Shown piece by piece: positions 51,071-64,000 of a stretch of 64,000 nucleotides of DNA; position 1 is the stretch's first letter; each line of letters begins with the position of its first letter. Both the position numbers and the translations under genes were made by a program. Source of the stretch: the human T2T-CHM13v2.0 reference genome, Homo sapiens. The DNA is taken from the NCBI RefSeq assembly GCF_009914755.1, contig NC_060931.1. One strand, 5' to 3'. The notes below the pieces were generated by a model. That model saw only the letters and a program-made list of their open reading frames with translations. It ran no database searches and was not told where the DNA came from.

Positions 51071-51398
51071 GTTTTCCAACGTTCACAACTCAGTGGTTTC
51101 CATTTATATTTTTTCTTTATTGAAATGAGAAGAGTTGCTTCTTATCAAACATCCACATGAACAGAACTTCACATATATGAATCTTCACACACATCCAAAG
51201 CATGATAGACTATATTAGTAAAGAAACAGACCATGAGAGTTCACAGTATAGTATATTGGGTACTGCTGGATGAAAAAAATGCAGCTTATTCATTACTTCT
51301 CCTTTGAACAATTATTTAGTTTGATTATTACCTTCAAAGACCTATTTTAAGATGTTTAATTTTAAATTCTTTTTACTGTCATTTTAATAACCAAGCAC

Positions 51399-51868
51399 TG
51401 TTAAAGAAAAAATTACTCTAATACTTTTTAAAACAGTAATGGTGACTTCATTAGAGACTATTGCAACAAGGCAGAGAGATCAGGCTCAACTCTGAATACA
51501 ATAAGGACAAGTGGGGATTTATGACCAATGTGCAAAGTGAGGGATCTGTGGATGGAAAATTACTAAGAAGAGACATCAAGGGAAGGGGGATTCTTGCTAA
51601 AGTGACCCAGTAAGATTCTTGCTAAAGATAAGCCAAGTACTTATAAATCAATGATGGAGATGAGGAACTTGTTCAAATGTCAAGGGTGATTAGATATCAA
51701 AGGTAGAGGGACTATTACTAAGCTGATTTGGCAGGATTCTTTCTAAATTTGGGATATGCAGGCCTGGCAAAGACAGGATAAACATGAAAGGCCAAGACCA
51801 AGGCCAATTCAACAAGAGGGCTCGAGGGTCTTATCAGTGAGAGACTATTAGTGAAAGAGTCTTTGTCA
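51399..51868 (-). mobile_element. MER31-like ERV1 LTR
   Basis: tgttaaagaaaaaatta...gagatcaggctcaactctgaatacaataaggacaagtgggg...gagtctttgtca. Confidence 0.55.
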
Positions 51869-52152
51869 GCATGCTATTTAAAAATTAAGAAAGGTAAAAC
51901 GTATTAACAAGGGTGAACTATAATAAGCTTTGCTCTGCCTGTCTACAGAGATGGAATAGACATTGCAGATAAAATGAGATGGAATTTATGTATCTGCTAA
52001 AGTGCATGTGCCAGTAGGAATTTAGAAGTTTTTACACAAGACATGTCTTTGCACTTTGTGTAATATTCACAATCAAGCAAAGACAATATAGGATACCTCA
52101 ACCTTTATGCTACAACTATACAAATATGTTTTTTCTCTTTTCATGTCTACAG

Positions 52153-53011
52153 TTATTTTTCTGCTTCTTCTTTTTAAATCTCATATTCCAGTTAACATAA
52201 AATAATGCTTTATACAAATAAAAACAATTCTTTTTAAGATACTGTGACTACCTGTTATGTTTCCTGACAAAATTAATTATGTCTTTGCTAATCTACTCAA
52301 GCTCCAAATAGCATTATGCAGTAACTTATCAATACTTACATCCTACAGGGAATATACTTTATCATCTAGGGTCTATAGACTACTTTTAAAAGAAAACAAT
52401 CAATAAATTCTTTAGGCAGAAATTTACCATGCCATTCTCTCTTTACAACACAAATTGAAATGAAATCCACTAAACAAGCACAGAACAGTGACAAAGGCCC
52501 TATGCAGATTTTTAGATATTATTGGTATGTTCCCTCCTTTCTCTGGAAAAATTTCACTTTTTCCTTATATTCTTCAGGGCATCCTTTTCTAGATTAGCTC
52601 TTCGATGTATTTAAACCAGCCCCAGAGAGCTGAACTGAACAAATAATTAAAAGAAAACATAATTAGAGAATTTGGGGCCATATTACAAATATAAAAAGTA
52701 TTTTAAGTAAATACTAAGTTTGAAGAAATGCAATAAAAGATTATATTAATATACTGCTAACAAAATATTAAATGATCAGTAAACATCAAACATGACGAAA
52801 GTATATTGTATTTTGCCTGTGAGGATAAAGAGAAAATGAATACTAAACTAAGCATCCAGCTCAATAATTTAAATAATTATAATCATCCAGAAGAATCCAT
52901 GAGGAAGTGCATAATGAACATGAATGCATACAGACATTTGTCAGACATTTCTATGATATCCTTACATTAAGCTAAATACAGGTTATCATCGTCTTGGCAG
53001 TATTTATAAAA
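52153..53011 (+). pseudogene. Large degraded RGS-like exon (phase 1-2)
   Basis: Strong acceptor ttttttctcttttcatgtctacag|, donor aa|gtaatc. One frame carries FKSHIPVNI, KLQIALCSNLSILTSYREY, MYLNQPQRAELN, KFEEMQ*KI (from 52716) and DESILYFACEDKEK (ESILYFACED 52797-52826 ~ 'EENIxFWLACED'). Confidence 0.7.
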
Positions 53012-53059
53012 GTAATCCAATTCTGGACCAAATCCTGACAAAATGATTATAATGTTCAT

Positions 53060-54330
53060 CAAGAAGATCAAACTCCTATTTTTTGCGACAGTCTCTTTTC
53101 TTAGCTCCCATGTAATAATGTTCTCTTCATTTTTCTTCTTCATCTAGAGGCTTCCTTTTAGTCTCCTTCATCAGATTTCTTCTTTGGTTTTAAATATTGG
53201 AGTTCCTCCAGTACATGTACTAGATACTTTCAAGACTCAATATGCAGTTCCTAGAAAATATCCAAATCATTATCCAACATTTTTAAAAAATTCTATGATT
53301 TGCTACTGTATTTTTGGGCTAGAACTATATTCTATATAGTCTGTGCGCTCACTATATTCCACAGTCTGCTCAACATCTACATAGACTGAAGAATAAATCA
53401 CAAAGGCCCCTTAAAGCAATGGATCCGAAATTGAACTCATCTATTTTCTGAACAGGTGCTTCTCTATAGTCTCTTTTCTCCATAGAACTTACCATAATTC
53501 CATCCAGTTTCACAAGAGATCCTGAATCACCCATGATACCTCCATCACGTTCAACAGTGTTCAGAAATTCATCTTCAAAGCATTTGGCTTCACCTCCTGA
53601 ATATATTTCAAATCTATTCAATTTTCTTAATTTTCTCAAAAAACAACTTAGATCAAGTCACTATAATCTTTCACCTGGACTCTGCCATGGTCTTCTGATG
53701 GTCTGGTCTCTTATCAGTTTTCTTCCTCTTCCAAAGAATTCTCTATGCCACAGTCCAGAGTGAGATCAGTCTCTAATATCCTCACATTACTTTTAGGAGA
53801 AATACAAAAAATTCTTACATTGGCATGTGTAGTTTTATATGGTCAACTTCCTGCCACCCTCTAATATTGTGTCTTAAACTGCATGCCCATGCTATCTGTT
53901 TTAGCCATGCTGGCCTTGAATCAGTGATTTGAACAACTCACGTTCCCTTCCATTGCATGGCTATTGCATGTACTCTTTGCTCTGCCCTAAGTATTTGAAT
54001 GTGCTCTTCCATCATTTTTGCATAATTGACTTTGCATTTTGCTTATTCATAAACTCAATTATTACCACATCAGGAAGATTTCCATGATTATAAAGTGTAG
54101 ATTTTGTCCATTGCCTAAGTGTTCCTATAAAAGTATAAATTAGTTTCTTCACAGCACTTATCATGATTTGAAATTATGTTTGTTTGATTGATAACTATCT
54201 TCTTCACAAGACTGTATAAGAGTCAAGTATTAGAATGCCCACGCCTATTTTGCTCACCATTTCATCCACAGCCTTCAACACAGGATGGGAAATGTGCAAT
54301 AGGCAGTTTTACAATGAATGTGAGTGAATG
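53060..54330 (+). mobile_element. L2 fragment
   Basis: L2 body and 3' end (...tgaatgtgagtgaatg). Confidence 0.55.
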
Positions 54331-54829
54331 GCAAATATATTTGTGGAAAAAAAACTATTGAAGTAAATTTTATGTGTATAAATACTAAAACACTATATTA
54401 CTGACACGAAAACGGGTGAATATACCAGTGGAGTGAAATAGATATGAAGAAAATAATGTAATATCTGATGAGAAAGATATATTAGAGTAAGAAAGGAAGT
54501 TCTATTCAATACTTTTGAAACATCTACCAAACAATTTTTTAAATAAAAAGAGATGGGGTCTCACCTCTTTTTATTGTAAAAATTGTTTTGTAGATATTTC
54601 AAAAGTATTAAACATCTCACTGCATGAGTAAGTCAAAATAAATTTTTGATGACACAATTTTGAAAAATACGTAATTATTAAAACATTAAACATTTATTAA
54701 GCACTCTGGAAAGGATTGTTAAGATTCATAGTCATAATGGCATAGCAGAAATATTTGGAGTAAGATAGACCTATTTTTAATTCCTAATGGTGTTACTTAG
54801 ACAAGTTGCTTGCTATTAAAAATAATTAA

Positions 54830-57800
54830 TAAACTTTATTTTTATAGGGGTTTTAGGTTCGAAGGAAAATTTAACAAAAAGTACAGACAGTTTCCATATA
54901 CTTCTTGTTCCTACACACATACAGTTTCCCACTATTGACATTCTGCACCATATGAATGCATTTGCTACAATCAAAGAATCTAGATTGACACATCCTTATC
55001 ACTAAAAGTTCATCATTTACATTAGCGTTTACTTTGGGTACATCTGATGGATTTGGGGAAGTGTATAATGACATGTATCCACTATTCTACAGTCATACTG
55101 AATACTTTTATTACCCTAAAAATATTCTGTTCTCTACCTATGCATCCCAAACCACTAGCTACCACTAATCCTTTTAATGTCTCTATAGTTTTGCCCTTTT
55201 AAGAATGTCATACAGTTGGAATCATACAATATGTAGCTTTTTCAGATTGCTGTCTTTCACTTAGTAATATGCATTTATATTTCCTCTGTTTCTTTTCAGG
55301 GATTGATAACTCATTTCTGTTTAATGCTAAATAATATTCCAAACTCTAGCTGTTCCACAGTTTATTTATTTGGCTACTAAAAGACATTTTAGTTGCTTCC
55401 AACTTTTGGCATTTATGACTAAAGTTCCTAAAACATCTGTGTGCAGATTTTTGTGTAAATATAAGTTTTCAATTCATTTGGTAAGTAGGATGAAATGCAA
55501 TTGCTGGACCGTAGGTAAGAGAATATTTTGTTTTGTAAGAAAATGCTGAACCGTCTTCCAAAATGGCTGTACCATTGTGCGTGTCCACCATCAATGAATG
55601 AGAATTCCTGTTATTCCACATCCTCATCAGCATTTGGTATTGACAGTGCTTTAGAATGGCCATTTTAATAGATGTGTAGCAGTATGTCCTTTTGATTTAA
55701 TTTGCAATTTCCTAATGATGTATAATGTTAAACATCTTTCATATACTTAATCACCATCTATAGATCTTTGGTGAGATTTCTGTTCATTTATTTTATCAGG
55801 ATTGTTCATTTTCTGATTGTTCAGTTTTAAGTAGTCTTTGTATATTTTGGGTAACAGTCCTTTATCAAATGTATCTTTTGCAAGTACTTTCTCCCAGTCT
55901 GTGTCTTGTCTTATTCTCTTGACATTGTTCTTTCCAGAGCAAAAGATTTTAATTTTAAGGAAGTCAGCTTAACTATTATTTCTTTCATTGATCTTGCCTT
56001 TGATGTTGCATCTAAAAATCATCATCATATGCAAGATGAATTAGGTTTTCTCCAGTTATCTCCTAGGAATTTTAGTGTATGGTGTTTAACATTTAGGTCT
56101 ATAATTCATTTTGAGTTAATTTGGTGAAGGGTGTAAGGTGTGTATCTTGATTTTTTGCATATGGATGTCCATTTATTTTACCACTGTTAGTTGAAAATAC
56201 TATCTTTGTTCTACTGCAGTTTTTATTCCTTGGTCTAATATCAGTTGATTATATTTACATGGTTTCTTTCTAGGTTCTCAGTTCTGTTCCACTGATTATT
56301 TGTCTGTTTTTTTTCCCCAATACCACATTGTTTTGATTACTGTAGCTTTATAACTAAGTCTTGATGTCTGTTAGTGTCATTCATTTAACTTTGTTCTTCT
56401 CTTTTAGTATTGGGTTGGCAATCCTGGGTCTTCATCCACTCTATGTAAATTTTACAATCAATTTGTCAATATCCACAAATTAACTTACTGGAATTTTAAC
56501 TGAGATTGCACGGACTCTATAGATTAAGTTGGGAAGAAATGACATCATGAAAATGTTGACTCTTTCTATTCATATGAGCAAGGAATATCTCTGTTATTTT
56601 TTCTTTGATAACATTCATCAGTTTTGTAATTTTTCTCATATACATCTTATAGATATTTGGTTAGATATATGAGTAAGTACTTAATTTTGGGGTGCTAATG
56701 TAAATAAAAATGTGTTTTGAATTTCAAATTCCAATTTTTTATTACTGCTACATAGGAAAGCAATTGACTTTATATATTAATCTTATATCATGTAACCTTG
56801 TAGTAATTGCTTATTAGTTTCAAGAGTTTTTTGGCAATTTTTGATTTTTTTATACAGATGATATTGTCGTCTGAGAACAAGAAATTTGATTCATTCCTTC
56901 ATAATGTGTATACTTTGTATTTCTTTTTATTGTGTTATTACATAGCTAATGTATCTAGCACAATATTGAAAAGCAATGCTGACAGGGGACACCCTTGTCT
57001 TGTTCTTGATCTTCACAAGAAAATTTTGAGTTTCTCACCATTAAGTATGATATTAGCTGGAGAGTTTTCATAGATGCTCTTTATTAAGTTGAGTAAGTTT
57101 TTTCTATTTTTAATTTATTGATAATTTTTATCATGAATAAATATCGCATTTGATGAATTTTTTTGCATGTATTGATAAGATCATGTGATTTTTCTTCTTT
57201 AGCATGATGTGATGGATGACATTACTTAATTTTCAAAAGTTGAAACAAATTTGCATACCTGGCACAGATTCCACTTGGTCATGGTGCATACTTATCTTTA
57301 TATATTGCTGGGTATAGTTTGCTAATATTTTGTTGAGGATTTTTGCATTTATGTTCAAGAGAGTTATCAGTCTATTATTTTTTTCTTTCTTCTAATGTAT
57401 CAAAATCCCAGAAATTTTGGAAGTTGGATTCATTTCATTTTATTTAGTTCAATATATGTTTTAATTTCAAGATTTTTTCCTTAATCCATGTGTTATTTAG
57501 AAGCGTGTTATAATCTCCTAATATTTTGGAATTTTCCAGCTATCTTGCTGTTACTGAGTCTTAGTTTAATTCTATTGTGGCGTAACAGCAGAATAGTATA
57601 AGTTCAATTCCTTTACATTTGTTGAGTTCATTGAGGTGTATTTTATGTCCCAGAATATGGTCCATCTTGGTGAATGTTTCATGTAAGCTTGAAAAGAACA
57701 TTTAAACTGATTTTGTTAGATTAAGTAGTCTGTAAATGTCAATAGGTTCAATTGATCAATGCTGCCTTTGAGTTCAACTAAGTTCTTACTGATTATCTGC

Positions 57801-58610
57801 CTGCTGGATCTCTCCATTTCTGATAGAGAAGGTTTAACATCTTCTACTATAAGAGTAGATTCATCTATTTCCCCTTGAAGTTCTATTAGTAAATTGACCT
57901 TTAGTAATGTAGTAGTAAGATGTAAGAGAAAAGAAGAGTTATATATTCCTATGATTAAGTTTCAGTGTTTGGTGAGGCTGTGTTCCTGGACTGTGAACCT
58001 TATCAGTGCTTCTGAGTACCCCATATCCCTCATAGATGGGACAGGATGGCTAGAGGAGGCTGGAGTTAGGTATTTCTTTCCTGTAGATAGGTTAGGCTTT
58101 GATAAAACCCCAGCATATTAGACTCTGATAAAATATTTTCTCCTGAAAGCAGGCCTTATTAAGAAGAACAGAATGCTTCAGTGTGTTTTGAAATAGTCAC
58201 TTCCCATAAGTAAGAGAAAACTTTTATCTGATATTAACTATGAGAATCTGGTAGGGCTCCTAGGGGTACCATTAATAAAGCTGTGTGGGTGCGCTGATGA
58301 CTGGGTCTCCCTGGAGTATTTTTTATTTCCAGACTTGTCTACATTTAACCTCCAGCAATTTTTCAATAACAGTTCAGATTTCCTATCCCTGGCACTGGTT
58401 CCTGCAGAAGTTTCTGCTTATGAGTTTCTGCTCTGGTAAATTGTGATTCTCTGTATTTGCCTGTCTGTCTCTCCAATCCGGGGGCAGTGGTTTGCCCTGT
58501 GACTTCACTTCTGGGATGGATTTAAAAAGATTTGTTGATTTTTCATTTTGTTTCCCTTTTTATTGTTAGGAGCTGATTTCTAAGTTCCTTACAGGCCTGC
58601 CAGACCAGAA
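54830..58610 (-). mobile_element. Old L1 (L1MB/MC-type), antisense
   Basis: 3'UTR at 54830 running into ORF2 remnants (GHPCLVLDL..FSPLSMILA), with an L1M 5' piece at 57890-58610. Confidence 0.8.
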
Positions 58611-58855
58611 ACACAAAGACATTATTTGCTTACAAAACTGAGAGCCTCAATTTCCTGATTTTTAAAAGAGATAATTTTAATACTTAACTCATATAGATGA
58701 ATTTAAGATTAAATTTTGAAATATTTTATATAAATGGATTTAGGTTAAATTATATGATATCTACCCTAATATAATGTCAGTTACATATTTTCTTAAATAT
58801 TAAGAAACCAGATACCAAGTTCTACCACCTTAGGAATAGCTTTTATTTTTGATAG

Positions 58856-59254
58856 ACCAACTGTGGCCCTGCATACTCCTCCTGGGTGACTGAAGTTTAA
58901 ATATTCAAGGGTTTCGTTTTGCTTGTTGAACTCTTATAGCTATTGTAAACTTCCCAAGATGCCGATGACTGAACTTCAGATAGCAATTTTACGATTCCCA
59001 ACTCATCGAAGGTCTTATTTATATTTTTCAGTTGTACTTTTTTTTCTAAGCCAAGGAAAACATTGGCCATCCAGGAAATTTCCTATAACCGAACTATAGT
59101 CAGGATGTTCAACATCACTTTACTTGGAGCTGGAAAAATGTGTTTTTGAAGTTGTATATAGTTATGTCCTTGCACATATTGAAAGCTTTCTATAGTACTA
59201 AAAGTTTGTTTTATTTAATCAAACATTAAACATTTTTAAGAAAATAATCAGACA
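58856..59254 (+). pseudogene. Degraded RGS-like exon (phase 2-2)
   Basis: Acceptor cttttatttttgatag|, donor aca|gtaaag. VALHTPPG*LKFK...(69 open codons)...LEKCVFEVVYSYVLAHIESFL*Y*KF ~ 'CFDEAQKKVYSLME.DSYPRF'. Confidence 0.65.
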
Positions 59255-59444
59255 GTAAAGCAAACTTATCTTCTTGAAAAAAAATAATACCTTGCATCAC
59301 AAAATAATATGCAATGCAGAAAGTTAAGCCATATAAAATTTTACATTATGGGTGTTTTAAAAAAAGACATAATATGAAAACAACAAACAGGAAAACTGTA
59401 GCATATATAATACATATTTCCTGTCTTTTTTTTTTCTAGGTTTC

Positions 59445-59592
59445 ATTTGTGTTTTTTTATTTTTTTATTTTATTATTATTATACTTTAAGTTTTAGGGTA
59501 CATGTGCACAATGTGCAGATTAGTTACATATGTATACATGTGCAATGCTGGTGCGCTGCACTCATTAACTCGTCATTTAGCATTAGGTATAT
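59445..59592 (-). mobile_element. Short young L1PA 3' fragment
   Basis: ttattatactttaagttttagggtacatgtgcacaatgtgcag. Confidence 0.9.
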
Positions 59593-60251
59593 AAAGTGTT
59601 AATTTTACCCTAAGAATGGAGTGAAAAACCCTTTCAATAGATAAGGTAAAAAAAATCTGAATCTTAGTTTTAAAAAGACCTATTAAGTATATCGAAAAGT
59701 ATTCAAAATAATAAATAAAAACTTTTTAAAAAACAATAAATATAATACTTTTTGCTCATAAACTTATTAAAATATAAAAAAGTCCAATGTTGATGGATAT
59801 ATGGTAAAACAGGAATTCTAATACAGGACTATTATTTGAAAAGCCATTTGTTTTGGTATCAAAAGTCTTAAAATATTTACTCTTTTTGATTCAACAGTTT
59901 TCAGTTTGGAAGCCCTCCTGAATGATATCGTATACTGAAATATATTTGTGCCCGTATTTGTTATTCAAAGTGGCATTTAAGATAACACATTTAGAAATGA
60001 TTCACATACTCAACAATAATAAACTTTATTATAACATGTTTATATAATAAATATGTATTATAAAACAGAAATTTAATGTTTATCTTCAAGCAATAATTTA
60101 CAAAAATTTCTATGTTTATTTAAAATGCAAAAGGCAGGATGGGAAAGTGTTTTCATCAAATGATTTAATCTATTTAAGCCATCATCACTAAACCACCAGA
60201 CACATAAACATCTTTATACAATGCATTGTTTCAGTATGCCACAATTTCTAG

Positions 60252-60510
60252 TCTTTGCATTGGATTAGAAAATTAGATATAATTTTATTTTTATTTATAC
60301 GAATTCCCAAAAGAATGAGAGGAATTTCTTCTTTGCATAGAAATTATTATATTTTTGATCACTATGTACTCATATTGGGTGTACGGCAAGTCTACCATAG
60401 ATTCTATCCAAGAGGTCTTTCAGTTATATATGAGGAAATTGCTTTTGTTTCTGTAAACTAGATACTGGTCCCACATGAGAAAATCATGTTAATTTTAACT
60501 TAGTGATGAA
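60252..60510 (+). pseudogene. Degraded RGS-like exon
   Basis: Acceptor aatttctag| in phase with the previous exon. LYEFPKE*EEFLLCIEIIIFLITMYSYWVYGKSTIDSIQEVFQLYM. Frameshifted 3' end, tentative donor gaa|gtatct. Confidence 0.55.
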
Positions 60511-60539
60511 GTATCTAGGGACACATATCATAATTTATA

Positions 60540-60790
60540 GATAATATTATTAATAATTAAAGTGTGTTGAAACTATTGTGCTACATTCCTTCCATGCATT
60601 CACTCATTGAATCTGCATACAACCATAAGAGATAGATACTATTATAATCCCCATCTTGTCAATGAAGATACTAAGCCATAGAAAAATTAGGTAACTTATA
60701 CAGAGTCACGAAACTGGTTCCTGAAATAAATATCTATGATACATCGGAGATGTTCAGCTTTCAGAGCTCATACTTATAAAAATGTTAGTT
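60540..60790 (-). mobile_element. MIR filling a short putative intron
   Basis: tactattataatccccatcttgtcaatgaagatactaagccatagaaaaattaggtaactt. Confidence 0.7.
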
Positions 60791-60820
60791 TTTATTACTT
60801 CATGAATGATTTACTTTCAG

Positions 60821-61640
60821 TTATCAACATCCGCTTAAAACAGATAAATATTCTTGGATTTATTACTGCCTAGAGTGCGAAAATTGGGACCATCAACGTA
60901 TTTCCTGACGCCTGGTTCTATACTTTACTCACTAGGCTCTGACGAGCTATACAAGCTCTCTTGCAGACTAAGACAAATCCTGCCACGCTGCACAGCTGGT
61001 ACTTGAAAATGTCACTGTTGATTAGACATTTTTAGTCATTTAATTTTTGCTCTATAAGCTGGATTTCAGTTCTCCTTCATGACTGACACATATTGTTTTT
61101 GTCTTTTACTTCTGTCCATATTTTTCTTTAGGGCATTCATTAAAAGAAACAAGACATTATTTTTAATAAGATATCACCTGCAGAAAGGAAGCAATGGGAA
61201 TAAAGTAGAGTCCTTCCCATGAAAAATATTGCTCCAGTTAACTAGTCTAAATTGAGTTAATTTTGGAAATTGTCTGCTCCAGAATTAAAACAATAAAATC
61301 CCTACATTTGAATTCTAAATAGCAATATGGAATAAATGTATTATAACGAAACAGAACCACATGGGAAAGTGTAAAGAAATTCTCAAAATAAGTCTTACAA
61401 GAGAATGTTCTATTTTTCAACAAAGAATAGGCACTGTGTGTCAAAGTCATAGCTGAGAGTTTTACTTGTGAGAATATGTGATAGTTTGGGTAGAAGAGGG
61501 CACAATTTGGACTTTGATATCAATTTTATTGGAGAAAAAAATCAGTACTTACAATTCTATAATCAAATTTAATATGCATCATACTATAAAACAAGATACT
61601 TCTATAAATAGCTATCATAAAGAAGATGACAGAAACTAAA
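60821..61640 (+). pseudogene. Large degraded RGS-like exon (3' end uncertain)
   Basis: Acceptor gatttactttcag|. LKTDKYSWIYYCLECENW (60834-60887 ~ 'LKSEFSEENIEFWLACEDY'), then a frameshift to YFLTPGSILY...FFFRAFIK (FRAFIK 61127-61144)...FEF*IAI...MGKCKEILK. Confidence 0.6.
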
Positions 61641-62162
61641 TAAAATTTTTGTCCTCTTGAACTGAGTCTTATGTTTTTATACAATGAATATTTACAAATG
61701 AATTGTTTTGTAGAAATGACTTAACAACAATCAGTACATTTTTAGAAGGTATTTATAATAGCCAGAAATAATTACTACTCTTGGCTAATCATGGTCATTT
61801 TTATATGTAATCTTAAACTATTTTTTAGATAATAAAATAATAAATGCTTTTTGTAAATAAATCAAACATGTATTAACATAGGATATAAAGCTTGTTAGTA
61901 TCTTAAGACCAAAATAAACCCACTTTTATACTATTATTTGTATATGTGTTTATTTCCATGTATAATATAAATATATAAACATTTGTTTTATAAGGATATG
62001 GCAGATACTGAATTAAGAGTTTACATTCATTATCTATTTTAACCCTCACAAGAACCAAAAAACCCTATGAGTTTGGAAATATTACTTTCCACATTTTACA
62101 GACACATATATGAAATTATTAATTTTTTAAAAGAGAATGAGAGTTTATTAAAACTTTAGTTC

Positions 62163-62477
<315 letters not shown>

Positions 62478-63411
62478 TCATATAGCAAGGCAACCTGAGT
62501 TTCAATAGTGTTTCTGCTAATTACTAAATGTATGATTCCTGGCAAATTATCTAATCTGTTTTTACCTCAATTTCTTTTGTAAAATGAGAGCAATAATAGT
62601 ACCTACCTTATAGGCATAATGTGAAGATTAAATATTTCCATGAATTTAAAATGCTTAGATGGTTACCTGAAACATAGAAAAGACTCCATAAATGTTAATA
62701 AACATTTATCTATTGATATCTATTGGTTCCTCAATGTTATCTATGTCTTTGTGAGTATATACAGAGCTATCCCATCTTTTGAAAGAGTTGTATAGTGTCT
62801 GTTTTTATTTTCTCTATCCCCTTCTGTTTGACTTTTTAGTTTTTTTTTTTAATTGCAAACTGCTACAGTAAATATAATTGTGGGGGTGAGTGTAAATATA
62901 TATAGTCTTACAGTTGAATAAATATGTCTACATTGTATACATTTTTCAAGTGTAATTTCTGAATCAACAGCCATGAATATTTAAAATGTGTAGATAATGT
63001 TTGTTACCCACTGAAACACTGACACCAACTTATGTTCCTTCCTATAGGTAGTGTTAATTTCCTCTTGTGTCACTATTACTAGATTTATTCATTTGTTTGT
63101 CCACTAATTCAACAAAATTTATTTGCCAGTTATTATATTTCACATAATTTGTTAAGAACTGCAGACATCTTGTCCCTGTTCATGGAACTCACACTCTTTG
63201 GAGAAGACTGATTTTAAATATCTAATTGAACGTTGGGAAGATGTCCAGCTGAAATGATGTCAGTATTCCATAACAGATGAAAAAGATAGGTCGTGAAACA
63301 AAGCAGCATGTTCAGAACAAGTCAGAATAAGTAACTTAATACATTAATAAAATGAAATTATTTAATAAATATAATTTTCATAAATATTATATTTATTATA
63401 TATATTTATAG

Positions 63412-63904
63412 GAAGGTTTTGATAAGTGAAGTCTCAAAGATGGGCTAAGAAATCTATAGATGGGGTCATCCATCATCTTTTTTCAGTCAAGATAGCAAAT
63501 TATCTGAAACATTTCAGTGAATTTTATTCTATTGATATACTGAGCAGATAAAAATGAAAATTAAATGCTTATCATGCATTATGAGGTAAAAAAATTTGTT
63601 GCATTTTTTAGATATTTAAAAAATGGTTTATAATTTGTGATTTTCATTTTATACTTCAGTCTTCATCATAACCATCAGCAAGGAGTAAATGACAGCTCAT
63701 AATTTAGCTGCTAGACTTTCAGTGTGGAGCAGGGAGTTGAGGCGGAAACTAGATGTTCTAGTATTTTACAACGAGGTATCTGAATATGCGTTTCCATTTA
63801 TATTCAGTAAGTACCTTATCACAGAGAACATTGTCTCTTCCAGCTCCCACTCCTCCCAAAAGCCACTTAATCAAATTAAATATGCTCAAAGTCTAACCTT
63901 TTAA
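63412..63904 (+). pseudogene. Degraded RGS-like exon, may continue to window end
   Basis: Acceptor tatttatag|. QRWAKKSIDGVIHH (~'W..SFD.LL.H'), then after a frameshift FLDI*KMVYNL* and ORF-track 63689..63904 with VLVFYNEVSEY, IFSKYL and KYAQSL. Confidence 0.6.
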
Positions 63905-64000
63905 ATCACACTGAAACCAAGCTAGATCCCATGGCGATTTCTCTTTAACACCAGTAATTATATGCTTCCATTGCCCTCTGACTCCTGCAGGATCCAGGGC

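Noticed and set aside
51100-51300. Possible additional pseudo-exon
   Set aside because: No convincing splice sites and frames are inconsistent.
63924-63940. gatcccatggcgat as an RFX X-box promoter motif
   Set aside because: Poor match to consensus, no CpG island, and it lies within or next to a putative internal exon.

Overview
AT-rich primate (human/ape-like) genomic DNA, mostly interspersed repeats: L1PA and older L1M elements, Alu (including a very young AluYe5-like copy), a full THE1 MaLR provirus, several ERV1 solo LTRs, MIR, L2 and DNA transposons. No intact protein-coding gene is visible; most ORF-track hits are repeat-derived. The main observation is that the gaps between the repeats hold about 18 degraded + strand exon-like blocks from 4.5 kb to the window end. 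Most have canonical AG/GT splice sites, many adjacent phases are compatible, and frames run long with scattered stops. Their translations repeatedly give RGS-box (regulator of G-protein signalling) motifs such as ESILYFACED, KAKKIF, LNPKGKHHFFVFL, NLTAIEEFK, FEEMQxKI and FRAFIK. I infer the fossil of a large multi-RGS-domain gene (probable unitary pseudogene), which I cannot name; the RGS call is by eye and needs an HMM test. Other notable features are a two-step inverted templated insertion (30.1-30.3 kb, copied from 34.2 and 35.8 kb) and several palindromes.
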